A DNA stretch of 63,289 nt, the filler included. It is 3 parts of 3 records of this genome, joined end to end, with 100 filler letters (N's around TTAATTAATTAA, not from the genome) between each part and the next. Parts side by side here need not be neighbours in the genome. Positions count along the whole stretch, not along the records: positions 18,405 to 44,254 come from SRR20825006_203; 2 more parts are not named here. One strand, written 5' to 3'. Numbering within the stretch: the stretch's first letter is position 1; each line of letters opens with the position of its first letter. The notes beneath the pieces were generated by a model. It worked only from the letters and a program-made list of their open reading frames with translations. It ran no database searches and was not told the origin of the DNA. Below, one piece after another: positions 29,078-39,445 of this stretch. The position numbers and the translations under genes were made by a program.

Positions 29078-29617
29078 ATGAAAAACATTGGAATCGTTAT
29101 TACTTTGATGCTTACACTAAGTGTTGCAATTGCTAATGCGGGTAACCCTAAAAACGATACAAACGGTAAAATTGAAACTCCAAATGATTCGTTAAGACTA
29201 GCAGAACTAAATAATTTTTGGGCCGAGGTTTCGAGAACTGTAAATGAGGGGGACTTTGAAGGCTATAAAGCTACCTACCATGAAGATGCGGTTGTTGTAT
29301 TTACAACTGGTGAAAACAAAGGATCCGTACCTATTGCAAAGGCGCTACTAAATTGGAAGCAAGGTTTCACAGACACCAAGACAGGAAAAACACAGAATAG
29401 TGTGGAATTCCGTTTTTCACAGCGAATAGGTGACGAAACTACCGCACATGAAACAGGAATTTTTGCTTACCAATCCAACAATGGGACTGGTAACGCCAAT
29501 CAAAAACAATTCGTACATTTTGATGCCCTACTGATAAAACGCAATAAAGCTTGGTTGTTGGTAATGGAATATCAAAAATCCAAAGCAACTGAAGAAGAGT
29601 GGAACTTATTGGAATAA
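29078..29617 (+). CDS. secreted NTF2/SnoaL-like protein
   Basis: Signal peptide; GDF.GY...YH.DAV and TAHETG...W...MEYQ. Confidence 0.7.
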   Translation: MKNIGIVITLMLTLSVAIANAGNPKNDTNGKIETPNDSLRLAELNNFWAEVSRTVNEGDFEGYKATYHEDAVVVFTTGENKGSVPIAKALLNWKQGFTDTKTGKTQNSVEFRFSQRIGDETTAHETGIFAYQSNNGTGNANQKQFVHFDALLIKRNKAWLLVMEYQKSKATEEEWNLLE

Positions 29618-29759
29618 TCTTGCAATCCTTACTAAAAAACAACATACGTTTTAAGATATAAGATTGTACAACAAACTTCGGAATACCATACCATGGCACA
29701 TGTAAGTTTGTGAAGCGGAAAAACTATTCGAAGTGGTTAATAAGGTAAAGTATCCTTTA

Positions 29760-31295
29760 TCACCCCAACCAGCCTTCTCTGTCCAGACTCCGGTACTGAA
29801 TGGCTTCCGATATATGGTTTTCCACTACCCCTTCAATACCCTCTAAATCTGCAATGGTACGTGCCACTTTCAAAATTCTGTCGTAAGCTCTGGCCGACAA
29901 ATTCAGTCGTTGCATCGCTTCTTTCAAGAGATATTTAGAGGATTCGTTGAGTTTACAGAACTCCCTAATATGCTTAGTACCCATTTGGGCATTGTAATGA
30001 ATTCCTTCAATCTTTTTGAATCTTCGGGTCTGTAACTGGCGTGCCGCCTCTACTTGTTCCCTGATAATGGCACTGCTCTCCCCTTTTCGTTCCTCGGACA
30101 ATTTATCAAAAGGGACCGGGGTCACTTCAATGTGGATATCGATCCTATCCAATAATGGTCCGGATATCTTGCCCAAATAACGTTGCATTTCAGCCGGTGA
30201 GGAAGTGACCGGCGCATCTGGGTCGTTAAAATAGCCCCCTGGGCTCGGGTTCATACTGGCCACCAGCATAAAACTGCTAGGGTATGTTACCGTAAACTGG
30301 GCCCTGGCTATAGTAACCTCTCTATCCTCTATCGGTTGTCGCATAACTTCGAGCACACGGCGTTCAAACTCGGGCAGTTCGTCCAAGAACAGAACACCGT
30401 TATGTGCCAACGAAATCTCGCCTGGCTGCGGATAACTGCCTCCTCCTACCAAGGCAGCGCTGCTAATGGTATGGTGAGGGCTTCTAAACGGTCTTTGGCT
30501 CATCAACCCCCTATTCTTTACCTTTCCGACAACACTGTGGATTTTGGTAGTTTCCAGTGCTTCGTGAAGTGTCATTGGAGGCAGAATGGAAGGCAACCTT
30601 TTGGCCAGCATGGTCTTTCCCGCACCCGGTGGACCTATCAAGATGACGTTGTGGCCTCCGGCAGCAGCAATTTCCATACATCTTTTAATACTCTCCTGCC
30701 CTTTTACATCTGAAAAATCAAACTCGGGAAAGCTCAGGTGTTCATAAAATTCCTGTCGGGTATCCACCACCGTTTGTTCCAAAGGTGCATCGGTATCAAA
30801 AAAGTCGATTACCTCTTTTATGTTCTCGACCCCATATACTTTCAGTCCATTTACCACCGCTGCTTCATTCGCGTTTTCTTTGGGCAGTATAAACCCCTCA
30901 AAACCTTCCTCTTTTGCTTTGATGGCAATGGGCAAAGCGCCTTTTATCGGTTGCAGGCTCCCATCCAAAGACAGCTCCCCCATAATTAAATACTTGTCGA
31001 TATTTTCGGAACGAATCTGATTGGATGCGGTTAAAATACCGATGGCCAGTGTCAAATCATAGGCAGAACCTTCCTTTCTTAGGTCGGCAGGTGCCATATT
31101 GATGGTGATTTTTTTTCCGGGAATGCGATACCCGTTATTCTGAAGAGCCGCAGCTATCCTAAAATTGCTTTCTTTAATGGCGTTATCCGGCAATCCAACC
31201 AAATGATAACCAATACCCTTATCTATATTGACCTCTACAACAATTGTTGTTGCTTCGATTCCAAAAACGGCACTTCCGTAAACTTTTATAAGCAT
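29760..31295 (-). CDS. comM: YifB/ComM Mg-chelatase-like AAA+ ATPase
   Basis: VGLPD, NMAPADLRKEG, GPPGAGKT, FRSPHH, GVLFLDELPEF, SGPLLDRID. Confidence 0.93.
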   Translation of the reverse strand: MLIKVYGSAVFGIEATTIVVEVNIDKGIGYHLVGLPDNAIKESNFRIAAALQNNGYRIPGKKITINMAPADLRKEGSAYDLTLAIGILTASNQIRSENIDKYLIMGELSLDGSLQPIKGALPIAIKAKEEGFEGFILPKENANEAAVVNGLKVYGVENIKEVIDFFDTDAPLEQTVVDTRQEFYEHLSFPEFDFSDVKGQESIKRCMEIAAAGGHNVILIGPPGAGKTMLAKRLPSILPPMTLHEALETTKIHSVVGKVKNRGLMSQRPFRSPHHTISSAALVGGGSYPQPGEISLAHNGVLFLDELPEFERRVLEVMRQPIEDREVTIARAQFTVTYPSSFMLVASMNPSPGGYFNDPDAPVTSSPAEMQRYLGKISGPLLDRIDIHIEVTPVPFDKLSEERKGESSAIIREQVEAARQLQTRRFKKIEGIHYNAQMGTKHIREFCKLNESSKYLLKEAMQRLNLSARAYDRILKVARTIADLEGIEGVVENHISEAIQYRSLDREGWLG

Positions 31296-31358
31296 ATAAC
31301 CTTTCTAATTGAAAAAGGCTAAGAAAATAGCCAATCTCCAATCAAAAAAATCAATGGT

Positions 31359-31410
31359 TTGACGATACCCTTATTTGAATTGACGAATGCCCCTTTTGAA
31401 TTAACGAAAG
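31359..31410. promoter_or_regulatory. three direct repeats at 21-bp period (LytTR-like operator)
   Basis: TTGACGATAC (31359), TTGACGAATG (31380), TTAACGAAAG (31401). Confidence 0.55.
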
Positions 31411-33788
31411 ATCAAAACAGATGCAGCAGTTTCTTCAATTTCCTTCTTGTTCATCATCATTTTACGGAACTCTCCGTTGACATACATCTGTGCTTGATCA
31501 TCGTAATGTTTGCTCAGGGGGTTACCGGATTGCCCGGTCGGCAAAATACTGATGCTGTTCTCGATATCGGAGAAATCTATGATTCTACGGGTCGAAGGTC
31601 CTGAATTCACCTTATAGAAACCGGTGCTGTCGTAAGGAAAAGCAAGATTGTTTATTACCTCACGTGTACCTTCTACAGGGAATGGCCCCACATTGAAGTA
31701 TTTTCTCAAGGATGCCACTTGGCCAAAGGGGTGCCCATGTTCCAAAGTATGTACCTTGTCCCAAGTCCACTGGCTAGTATCCTCTCCAAAGTCTTTAATC
31801 AATGATTCCCATGTCTGAGCGAACGACATCAACACGATATCCTGCCTTGTTTCCACTACATCTGGAGTGTTGACGTTGTCCCACCATTTTCCGGATTTCA
31901 TACTGGAGCCCCAAGCTATCTGTCTCTTAAATAGATGTGTGGACAAGAATTGTTTGAACATTTCTGGGCCCAATTCGTCTTCCATGGTATTCTTTACCAT
32001 AAAATATAGTGTCCTGTGATATATCACCGGGCTAATGGATTTGAGCCTATATTCCCCATTCCAATTTTTCATGGAGTCCAAAAGCACCAATTGTTCATTG
32101 TTCAAATTTGAAACATCGAACAATTTAATCAACTCGGTGACCACATCCGTGTTCACTGGAGAGGTAACATCCAATATCATCTCAGAAATGGATTCCCTGT
32201 CCCAATCATCTTTAGCGTCCAATAACTGCACAATCCGCTTGGCACGGTTTTCAGGCAAATAATAACCAGGATAGAGCATCCCTGCAATGGAGTCGGGCTG
32301 GTTATTGGCAGAATACACATAGTTCCATGGTGGATTCTCGGCCATGGGATTCTCTGAAAAGTCCAAATAGCGCAATGGCTCTTCTTTGCCTGATGTGCCA
32401 TCCAAAATAAACTTGGTGGACAGAATGTCCGGCATCTCGTAAAGCTTGGCGGTGGCCCACCATGCCACATTTCCTTGGGCATCACCATACATTACATTGA
32501 GTCCCGGTGCATGAATATTGGGCAAAGCGTTTTTAAACTCTTTCATATTGCTTGCATGGCTCAATCCGTATAAGGCATGCATCACCATATTCTTGGGTTT
32601 GGTATATATCCAAGACATGGCAACTGGTTTTTCCTCCGAAATTTGGTCAGCTATATTGTTTAAGACAGGCCCGTGATGTGTTTTCTTGTAAGTAAACGAT
32701 ACATCCTCACCATCTTTTACTTTGATGGTTTTATTTACAAATTCATAGTCCTTCCATCCTTCTGCTGTTTTGTATTTGGTACTATCGGATGGGTGGGTTT
32801 CTTCATAATAAAAATCGATGTCGTCGTTCTCGAACATGGTGAGTCCGTACGCCAGATTTCTGTTGTGTCCCAATAAAGGAAATGGAACTCCTGCCAAATG
32901 ATACCCGTACTTTTCATAGGTTGGGGTACTTATGTGGGCCTCATACCAAACCGAAGGTTGTGCAAACCCAATGTGAGGGTCGTTGGCCAAAATCACCTTT
33001 CCATTTTTAGTTTTTTGCGGAGCAATCACCCAACTGTTGCTTCCTTCGAATTGCGGAATGGGTAGCTTGCTTAAGGCTGTATTCACACTTGCGGTAATAT
33101 TTGTACCGAGAGTATCGGTAACTTCTCCTTTAAAATTTTTAATCCATACAGTAGAGGTATCCGAACTTATGGCCAAGTCCTTCATGTACTCGTCCCCCAA
33201 TTTGTTGCGCATACTTGTCAACAAAGGGTCTGTTTTGTGGGCCATGGCAAAACTGAATGCCATATATCCCACCGCATTGTACACATCTTCAATGGTAAAG
33301 GGCTCCTTATCGATGCCGGTCAAATAAAACTCTATGGGAGTCGGTCCCTGTTTTAGAAATTCATTGACTCCATCCAGATAGGCTTCGGCGAGCACAATGG
33401 TTTCACTATCGGTAGCAAGACTAGCAACAGTTTCTTTTGTGTGATCGGCAATGCCCAGAGAGAGAAAAAACTTGTCAGTTCCAATCATATCCTTCCCAAA
33501 AACCTCAGAAAGTCTTCCTTTGGCCACCCTTCGCAACAACTCCATTTGCCATAATCTGTCCTGAGCATGAACATAACCCAATGCCTTCAATGCATCAGCC
33601 TCGTTCTCGGCATAAATATGAGGAATTCCATAGGAGTCAAAATAAGTGGTTACCTCATTGGAAATACCTGGCAGTTTTTTTTCACCGCTATAGTCTGGTT
33701 TTAGGGAATTTAAGAATATAGCAATACCTATAATTACAAGTAGAAGGAATCCTGCAAGAACAAGAAGAATCTTTTTGTACGTTTTCAC
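31401..33788 (-). CDS. penicillin acylase family (Ntn hydrolase S45)
   Basis: GIPHI, GYVHAQDRLWQM, GSNSW nucleophile, LANDPH, GQSG.P.S.HY.DQ. Confidence 0.93.
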   Translation of the reverse strand: MKTYKKILLVLAGFLLLVIIGIAIFLNSLKPDYSGEKKLPGISNEVTTYFDSYGIPHIYAENEADALKALGYVHAQDRLWQMELLRRVAKGRLSEVFGKDMIGTDKFFLSLGIADHTKETVASLATDSETIVLAEAYLDGVNEFLKQGPTPIEFYLTGIDKEPFTIEDVYNAVGYMAFSFAMAHKTDPLLTSMRNKLGDEYMKDLAISSDTSTVWIKNFKGEVTDTLGTNITASVNTALSKLPIPQFEGSNSWVIAPQKTKNGKVILANDPHIGFAQPSVWYEAHISTPTYEKYGYHLAGVPFPLLGHNRNLAYGLTMFENDDIDFYYEETHPSDSTKYKTAEGWKDYEFVNKTIKVKDGEDVSFTYKKTHHGPVLNNIADQISEEKPVAMSWIYTKPKNMVMHALYGLSHASNMKEFKNALPNIHAPGLNVMYGDAQGNVAWWATAKLYEMPDILSTKFILDGTSGKEEPLRYLDFSENPMAENPPWNYVYSANNQPDSIAGMLYPGYYLPENRAKRIVQLLDAKDDWDRESISEMILDVTSPVNTDVVTELIKLFDVSNLNNEQLVLLDSMKNWNGEYRLKSISPVIYHRTLYFMVKNTMEDELGPEMFKQFLSTHLFKRQIAWGSSMKSGKWWDNVNTPDVVETRQDIVLMSFAQTWESLIKDFGEDTSQWTWDKVHTLEHGHPFGQVASLRKYFNVGPFPVEGTREVINNLAFPYDSTGFYKVNSGPSTRRIIDFSDIENSISILPTGQSGNPLSKHYDDQAQMYVNGEFRKMMMNKKEIEETAASVLIFR

Positions 33789-33868
33789 GAAGATGGGTTA
33801 AGTCAATTAGTACTCTAAGGTATAATTAATTTCTTAGATGACTTTAATAAAATATTGACAAATATCAA

Positions 33869-35857
33869 CTATTTGATCATGGAAAGATGGTGTTTTTCCA
33901 AGCCTGACTTTAACCATTTCTCATAGGTTTCAACGTCAACATATTGTACCGCTTCGTTAAGAATTTCAAGATTTGGAGAAAGCAATACATAATAGGGTTG
34001 GGATGCGGCATTAAAATTAATGGTCTGGAACGTCCCCCATTTTTGGCCAATCGTCTGGATGGATTTCACCCGTCCAGAGTCATATTTAAAATCGAACTGC
34101 TCGGATTTAGGCAGTTCTTTTCTATCATCAACATAAAGTGAAATCAACACATAATCTTCCTTTAAAATGGGGTAAATATTGGAATCGCTCCACACATTTT
34201 CCTCCATTTTTCTACAATTTACACAGGCCCAGCCCGTAAAATCGAGTAAAATAGGCTTGTTTACTTCTTGCGCGTAAGCCACGCCTTTTTCAAAATCTTT
34301 ATAGCAATCCAACCCTAACGGACAATCGCTCTCTGTTTCTACCACACTGTAAAAACTTGGTGGCGGGAACCCGCTCAACAATTTTAATGGTGTAATATTG
34401 AACAATCCGAGTACCAAATACACCGTGAAGGCAAAACTCAATAAACCAAATCCTTTTCGGGCCGTTGAGAGATTCTTTTTGGGTCCATCATGCGGAAACC
34501 TAAAAATTCCGAATAGGTAAAGTGTCATCAAAACAAATAGCACTACCCAGATACCAATAAAAATTTCTCGTTTAAAAATGCCCCAGTTCCCCACCAAATC
34601 TGCGTTGGATAAGAATTTGAAGGCGAGTGCCAATTCCAAGAACCCAAGCACCACTTTTACGGTCGTCATCCAACCACCAGATTTTGGCAACGAATTTAAC
34701 CAAGCTGGAAACATGGCAAACAAAGCAAACGGAAGCGCCAATGCCAAACCAAAACCAACCATTCCCGAGGTTAAGTTGGTGGCCACGTTCCCTTCAGCCA
34801 AGGTTGTACTTCCTAAAAGACCTCCCAAAATGGGTCCTGTACAAGAAAATGATACTATGGCCAGCGTCAAGGCCATAAAAAAGATACCCAATCCCCCTCC
34901 TACTTTGGACGAGGCCGAATCCATTTTGTTCGCCCAAGAACTGGGCAACGTCAATTCATAGTAGCCAAAGAATGAAAAGGCAAAGAATACAAAAATGACA
35001 AAGAAGAACACGTTCAACCAGATATTGGTGGCGATGGTGTTCAAAATTTGCGAGTCCACCGAATTGAACAAATGGAACGGTAAGCTCAACAAGAAATAAA
35101 TCAAAACGATAAAGAAACCGTAGAGCAAGGCGTTTACTATTCCTTTGGATTTATTCTGGGTCTGCTTGGTGAAAAAAGACACCGTCAAAGGAATCATAGG
35201 GAACACGCAGGGCGTCAACAAGGCTATTAATCCCCCGATAAAACCCAATCCAAAAATCATCCACAGATTGGACCTTCCTTCAGAATCCGTAACTCCGTTT
35301 TGATTCAAAAGATTCTTGTTCTTAAAATTAACCTTAAGTGATTCACCCAGGGCAACGCTCCGTTCGTCCAGAGCTGCCTCTTCTGCAACAAACCCTGTTC
35401 CGTCCAACGAAATCTGGAACAGTTCGTCAACAGGAATGCAAACCTCCTTGCAGATTTGGTAGAACAAATTCACAGAAATCTGGTTGACATCCGGGTCGAG
35501 AAGTTTAATTTTTTGGGTGAATATGGCCTCTTCTTTGAAAAAAGTTTCATCTACCTCAAAAATTTCGCTGTATTCTATGATTGTTTCACTTTCCTGCGTT
35601 TTACCTACCAGCTCGTAATCCTCACCGGATTTTTTAAAAGTAAATTCGCTGGGCAAAGAACCACCTTCATCCGTATACTGTGAATAGATGTGCCACCCAT
35701 CCATAATTTTTGCCTTGAACACCAATTCGTATTCGGTATCGGACAATTTATGCACCTCATGGCTCCAAACTGCGGGGTTCTTATCAGTTTGGGCAAATGT
35801 GCTCAAATTGATGAGCAATAATCCTAAAAAGAGAAGCGATAATTTTATTTTAGCCAT
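33869..35857 (-). CDS. dsbD: thiol:disulfide interchange protein DsbD family
   Basis: CKEVC N-terminal domain, LTPCVFP and SCTGP membrane domain, WACVNC thioredoxin domain. Confidence 0.92.
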   Translation of the reverse strand: MAKIKLSLLFLGLLLINLSTFAQTDKNPAVWSHEVHKLSDTEYELVFKAKIMDGWHIYSQYTDEGGSLPSEFTFKKSGEDYELVGKTQESETIIEYSEIFEVDETFFKEEAIFTQKIKLLDPDVNQISVNLFYQICKEVCIPVDELFQISLDGTGFVAEEAALDERSVALGESLKVNFKNKNLLNQNGVTDSEGRSNLWMIFGLGFIGGLIALLTPCVFPMIPLTVSFFTKQTQNKSKGIVNALLYGFFIVLIYFLLSLPFHLFNSVDSQILNTIATNIWLNVFFFVIFVFFAFSFFGYYELTLPSSWANKMDSASSKVGGGLGIFFMALTLAIVSFSCTGPILGGLLGSTTLAEGNVATNLTSGMVGFGLALALPFALFAMFPAWLNSLPKSGGWMTTVKVVLGFLELALAFKFLSNADLVGNWGIFKREIFIGIWVVLFVLMTLYLFGIFRFPHDGPKKNLSTARKGFGLLSFAFTVYLVLGLFNITPLKLLSGFPPPSFYSVVETESDCPLGLDCYKDFEKGVAYAQEVNKPILLDFTGWACVNCRKMEENVWSDSNIYPILKEDYVLISLYVDDRKELPKSEQFDFKYDSGRVKSIQTIGQKWGTFQTINFNAASQPYYVLLSPNLEILNEAVQYVDVETYEKWLKSGLEKHHLSMIK

Positions 35858-37152
35858 GAAATCTTTACTATTTTTCGGGTTGATTCCTCAACCTTGAACC
35901 TTTCGTCAGCGCGCTTGCCTACAATCCAGACAATTTTATCGCCTGAACAAAGCAACCATTGCTTTTCTTTTGAAATGAGGTCCATTTTTTCATCCTTGAA
36001 AAATTTGGACAACTTTTTTTTTCCTTGCATCCCAAAAGGATAAAAATAGTCGCCTTTTTCCCAGTTTCTTAACACCAACGGAAAGATTAACTTTTCCATA
36101 TCCAAAAATACGACATTTTGTGTCTGTTTTTCAAAGGATTCTACCTCTTCTAACTGTATTTTAATGGGCAATCCATCCGAAGTTTTATCCAAATGAAGGT
36201 TATACGTTCCTTTTATTTCAGGAATGATTTCAGCAAGAATCAAGAAATCCCTGTTCTTAAGAAGTCGATGGGTCTTGGAAAAGACTTGTTTGCCACTCTC
36301 GGCCGTCAATAAATCCTTCACATCGTTCCACTCGGTAAATCCATAACTATGTAACAATCCATAAATATAAGCGTCCAAGGGATTTAACTGCTGAAGCTCG
36401 GCAATTGGAATTGCAACAGCCCCATCTCGTTGACGAAACAATTTTGATTTTAATTCTTCCAAATAATTGTGTGCCAAATCGCTCGTCTGCCTTAAAAAAT
36501 GTTGGGTATGCTGAAAGTTTTGAAGAAATGTTGGATTGAGTTCCTTTACGATAGGAACTATTTGATGACGAATCTTGTTACGAAGGTATTTGATACTCGC
36601 ATTGCTACTGTCTTCCCGCCACTCCTTACCTTCCAAGGTGGCAAATTCCAAAATTTCTTCCCGTGAAAAGGACAATAACGGTCGCACAATGTTCCCGTTC
36701 ATCTTAGGAATGCCCGAAAGCCCTTGAATACCTGTTCCTCGGGATAAATTGATGAGAAAAGTTTCCAAACTATCATCCGCATGGTGGGCCGTCAGCACAT
36801 AATCGTATCCCTTGGATGTCAACAGTTCATCAAACCACTGGTAGCGCAATTCCCTGGCGGCCATTTGCACGGATAAACGCTTTGTTTTGGCTTCTTGTTC
36901 CGTATTGAACTGCTTCACAAAACATTCTACCCCTAATTGTGATGCCAAATCAGCTACAAAGGTCTCGTCCCCTTCACTTTCTGCGCCTCGAAGCGAAAAA
37001 TTGCAATGTGCTATGGCAAAATCAAATTTTGAAGCAGCGCATAAATGAGTTAAAACAACGCTGTCAAGTCCTCCACTGCAGGCCACTAAAAGTTTTTTCT
37101 CTTTGAGAAATGGCAAGCTTTTTACAATGTGCTCATTGAATTTTTGGACCAT
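35845..37152 (-). CDS. tilS: tRNA(Ile)-lysidine synthase
   Basis: SGGLDS, ARELRY, TAHHADD, RPLL, RNKIR. Confidence 0.95.
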   Translation of the reverse strand: MVQKFNEHIVKSLPFLKEKKLLVACSGGLDSVVLTHLCAASKFDFAIAHCNFSLRGAESEGDETFVADLASQLGVECFVKQFNTEQEAKTKRLSVQMAARELRYQWFDELLTSKGYDYVLTAHHADDSLETFLINLSRGTGIQGLSGIPKMNGNIVRPLLSFSREEILEFATLEGKEWREDSSNASIKYLRNKIRHQIVPIVKELNPTFLQNFQHTQHFLRQTSDLAHNYLEELKSKLFRQRDGAVAIPIAELQQLNPLDAYIYGLLHSYGFTEWNDVKDLLTAESGKQVFSKTHRLLKNRDFLILAEIIPEIKGTYNLHLDKTSDGLPIKIQLEEVESFEKQTQNVVFLDMEKLIFPLVLRNWEKGDYFYPFGMQGKKKLSKFFKDEKMDLISKEKQWLLCSGDKIVWIVGKRADERFKVEESTRKIVKISWLK

Positions 37153-37485
37153 GATGCGAATTTACAAATAAACCCTAAGCCTTACGGCTAGGTTATATTG
37201 TTAGTATGTTTCTGAGTTATTGTGTTTTTCTATCCGTGTATGAGGTTGAATTGATACTTGATAGCATCTTTAAATCCGTCCTTATGTCCAACGGCGGAGT
37301 GGTCTTGGTACTTTTTCTCTTGCACTTCATTCTTTTCTCTTTTTGACACCAATTCCACAAATCCTCCCGAATGTTTTTTATCGATTTTGACGTTTGAACT
37401 TTTACACCTGCATACTGATTACTGAGTTATCTGTTTATAGGTCTGTGTTCTTTTATCCAAAAGCGCAGCGGTCTTGTTTCCTTAC

Positions 37486-38775
37486 CTATGTTTCTCTTTC
37501 CTCCAAAACCGTTCGCATTGCTTTAGCTTTCAGCAAACATTCCTTATACTCCCTTTCTGGGTCGGATTTAGCTGTAATGGCACTGCCTACGGAAAAGGAC
37601 ACATATTTATTGCTTGCATTGTACAGAATACTGCGAATCACGACATTGAAATCAAAATCACCATTTGGTGAAAAATAACCTACCGCTCCGCTGTACAGAC
37701 CTCGTTTGGTTTCCTCCAATTCCTCGATGATTTTCATTGCGGAAATTTTTGGAGCTCCGGTCATACTTCCCATTGGAAAAGTTTCTTTGATTAATTCCAG
37801 CGGATATTTATCCTTAGGCACGTTTGAAACTATTGTGGAAATAAGTTGATGTACTTGCTTAAAAGTATAGGGGTTACAAAGTTCCTCTACTCGCACCGAA
37901 CCCTTTATTGCACTCTTGGACAAATCATTCCGAACCAAATCGGTGATCATAATATTTTCGGAGCGTTCTTTTTCATCTTGAGCTAAATCTCTTTTGAATT
38001 TTTCATCTTCCCGCTCATCATCACCTCTCCTTGCAGTTCCCTTTATGGGTTGTGAAATTACTTTTTGTCCTTGCTTTTTTAAATATCGTTCAGGCGAAGC
38101 GCACATCAAATAGTTATCGTTGAGGCGTGCAAAAGCGGCAAACGGCGGTTCCGATATGCCATTCAACTTTTGATAGGTCTCCCATGGATTGATGGTAGCA
38201 TCTTCGGCATAAAACTCTTGACAAAAGTTGGCTTCATAAATATCTCCTCTGTGAATATGTTCCAAAAAACGATGGGCCTTTTCAAAATAAGCATCCTTGT
38301 GAATCCTCATTTTTATTTTGATAGCATCTTGTGGCTCGGGCGGCAATTGTAAAGGGACAAAATCTCTGATTTCTTCAAAATCCGCTTCAATTTCCTGAGC
38401 AACCTCATTCAAATAAATGAAATGAAGCTCATCATTTTCTACCCGGATAACCTTTAACGGCTGAAAAAACTGCACCGCCGGAAACCCGAGACCGTCAAAA
38501 TTATTTGAGGTCAAGTCCTCCAACTCGTTCTTTACATCGTATGAAAAGTAACCAAATAGCCAATCTTTTTCGTTTTCTAAAAAATCGTGGAGCGTTTTAG
38601 TGATTTCAAATTTTTGAGATGCGCCAACCGCTAAACAGGCTTCAAAACTGGAATATCGGTCCTGATGGGAATTGCTGTCCAGCCAAACGGCCGTTTCAAA
38701 TTGTTTGGACCACCAAAAAAGCGCCTCTTTACTTTGTAAAAGGGATTTTATCTTAAAGGAGCGATGCGTCCGCAA
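37486..38775 (-). CDS. pabB: aminodeoxychorismate synthase component I (chorismate-binding family)
   Basis: GDIYE.N, SPERY, PIKGT, ENIMITDLVRND, FPMGSMTGAPK; TTG start. Confidence 0.85.
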   Translation of the reverse strand: MRTHRSFKIKSLLQSKEALFWWSKQFETAVWLDSNSHQDRYSSFEACLAVGASQKFEITKTLHDFLENEKDWLFGYFSYDVKNELEDLTSNNFDGLGFPAVQFFQPLKVIRVENDELHFIYLNEVAQEIEADFEEIRDFVPLQLPPEPQDAIKIKMRIHKDAYFEKAHRFLEHIHRGDIYEANFCQEFYAEDATINPWETYQKLNGISEPPFAAFARLNDNYLMCASPERYLKKQGQKVISQPIKGTARRGDDEREDEKFKRDLAQDEKERSENIMITDLVRNDLSKSAIKGSVRVEELCNPYTFKQVHQLISTIVSNVPKDKYPLELIKETFPMGSMTGAPKISAMKIIEELEETKRGLYSGAVGYFSPNGDFDFNVVIRSILYNASNKYVSFSVGSAITAKSDPEREYKECLLKAKAMRTVLEERET

Positions 38776-38778
38776 TAG

Positions 38779-39315
38779 TTATGAGTTTAGGGAATCCAAA
38801 AATGTATCCAGCGCCTGTTGGTGTTCAATCTGCAGGGTCTTGTCCAAAATACCATCATCACCAAAATTCTCATAAAAAGAGGGCAATGAAAAGCTCGCTG
38901 TTATTTCCGCTCCAAATCTTGGCAGCATACCTTCAATCACTGTAAAAGAACCTTTTGCGCCACGTCTGCCGCCCGATGTGGACATCAAAAACACCTTGGT
39001 GCCTTCCAAAAAATTACGGTCCATGCGGGACAACCAATCCAATACATTCTTAAAATATGCAGACGGATTGCCATTATGCTCGTTTACGGACAAAATAAGT
39101 GCATCCGAACTGTTGATTTTTGCTTTCAAATCCTGTAAGGAATCAGCATATCCATCTGATTTCTCCAAATCTTCACTAAACATGGGAAATGCATGTTCTG
39201 ACATGTTTAGGAGTTGAATATCATGCTGTTGAACCAAGGAAACGGTAAATTTCACCAATCTAAAATTGATAGAAGTGGAAGAATTACTCCCCCCTAATGC
39301 CAAAATTGCAGCCAT
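38779..39315 (-). CDS. NADPH-dependent FMN reductase
   Basis: GSNS..SIN, EHNG...FKN.LDWLSR, STS.G..G. Confidence 0.9.
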   Translation of the reverse strand: MAAILALGGSNSSTSINFRLVKFTVSLVQQHDIQLLNMSEHAFPMFSEDLEKSDGYADSLQDLKAKINSSDALILSVNEHNGNPSAYFKNVLDWLSRMDRNFLEGTKVFLMSTSGGRRGAKGSFTVIEGMLPRFGAEITASFSLPSFYENFGDDGILDKTLQIEHQQALDTFLDSLNS

Positions 39316-39445
39316 ATCATGGAATTGTTGATTGTTTCGCTAAAATACCCCAATTGGAAGTTAGATGCGACTATTTTGCATATTTTTGATGCGGCCAACA
39401 TCTAAACTACTTGCTAAACAAGTATATAGGGTGAATCAAATACAA

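Noticed and set aside
31359-31410. 21-bp-period repeats as a mini CRISPR array
   Set aside because: Units are about 10 bp with 11-bp spacers, far too short, and there are no cas genes.
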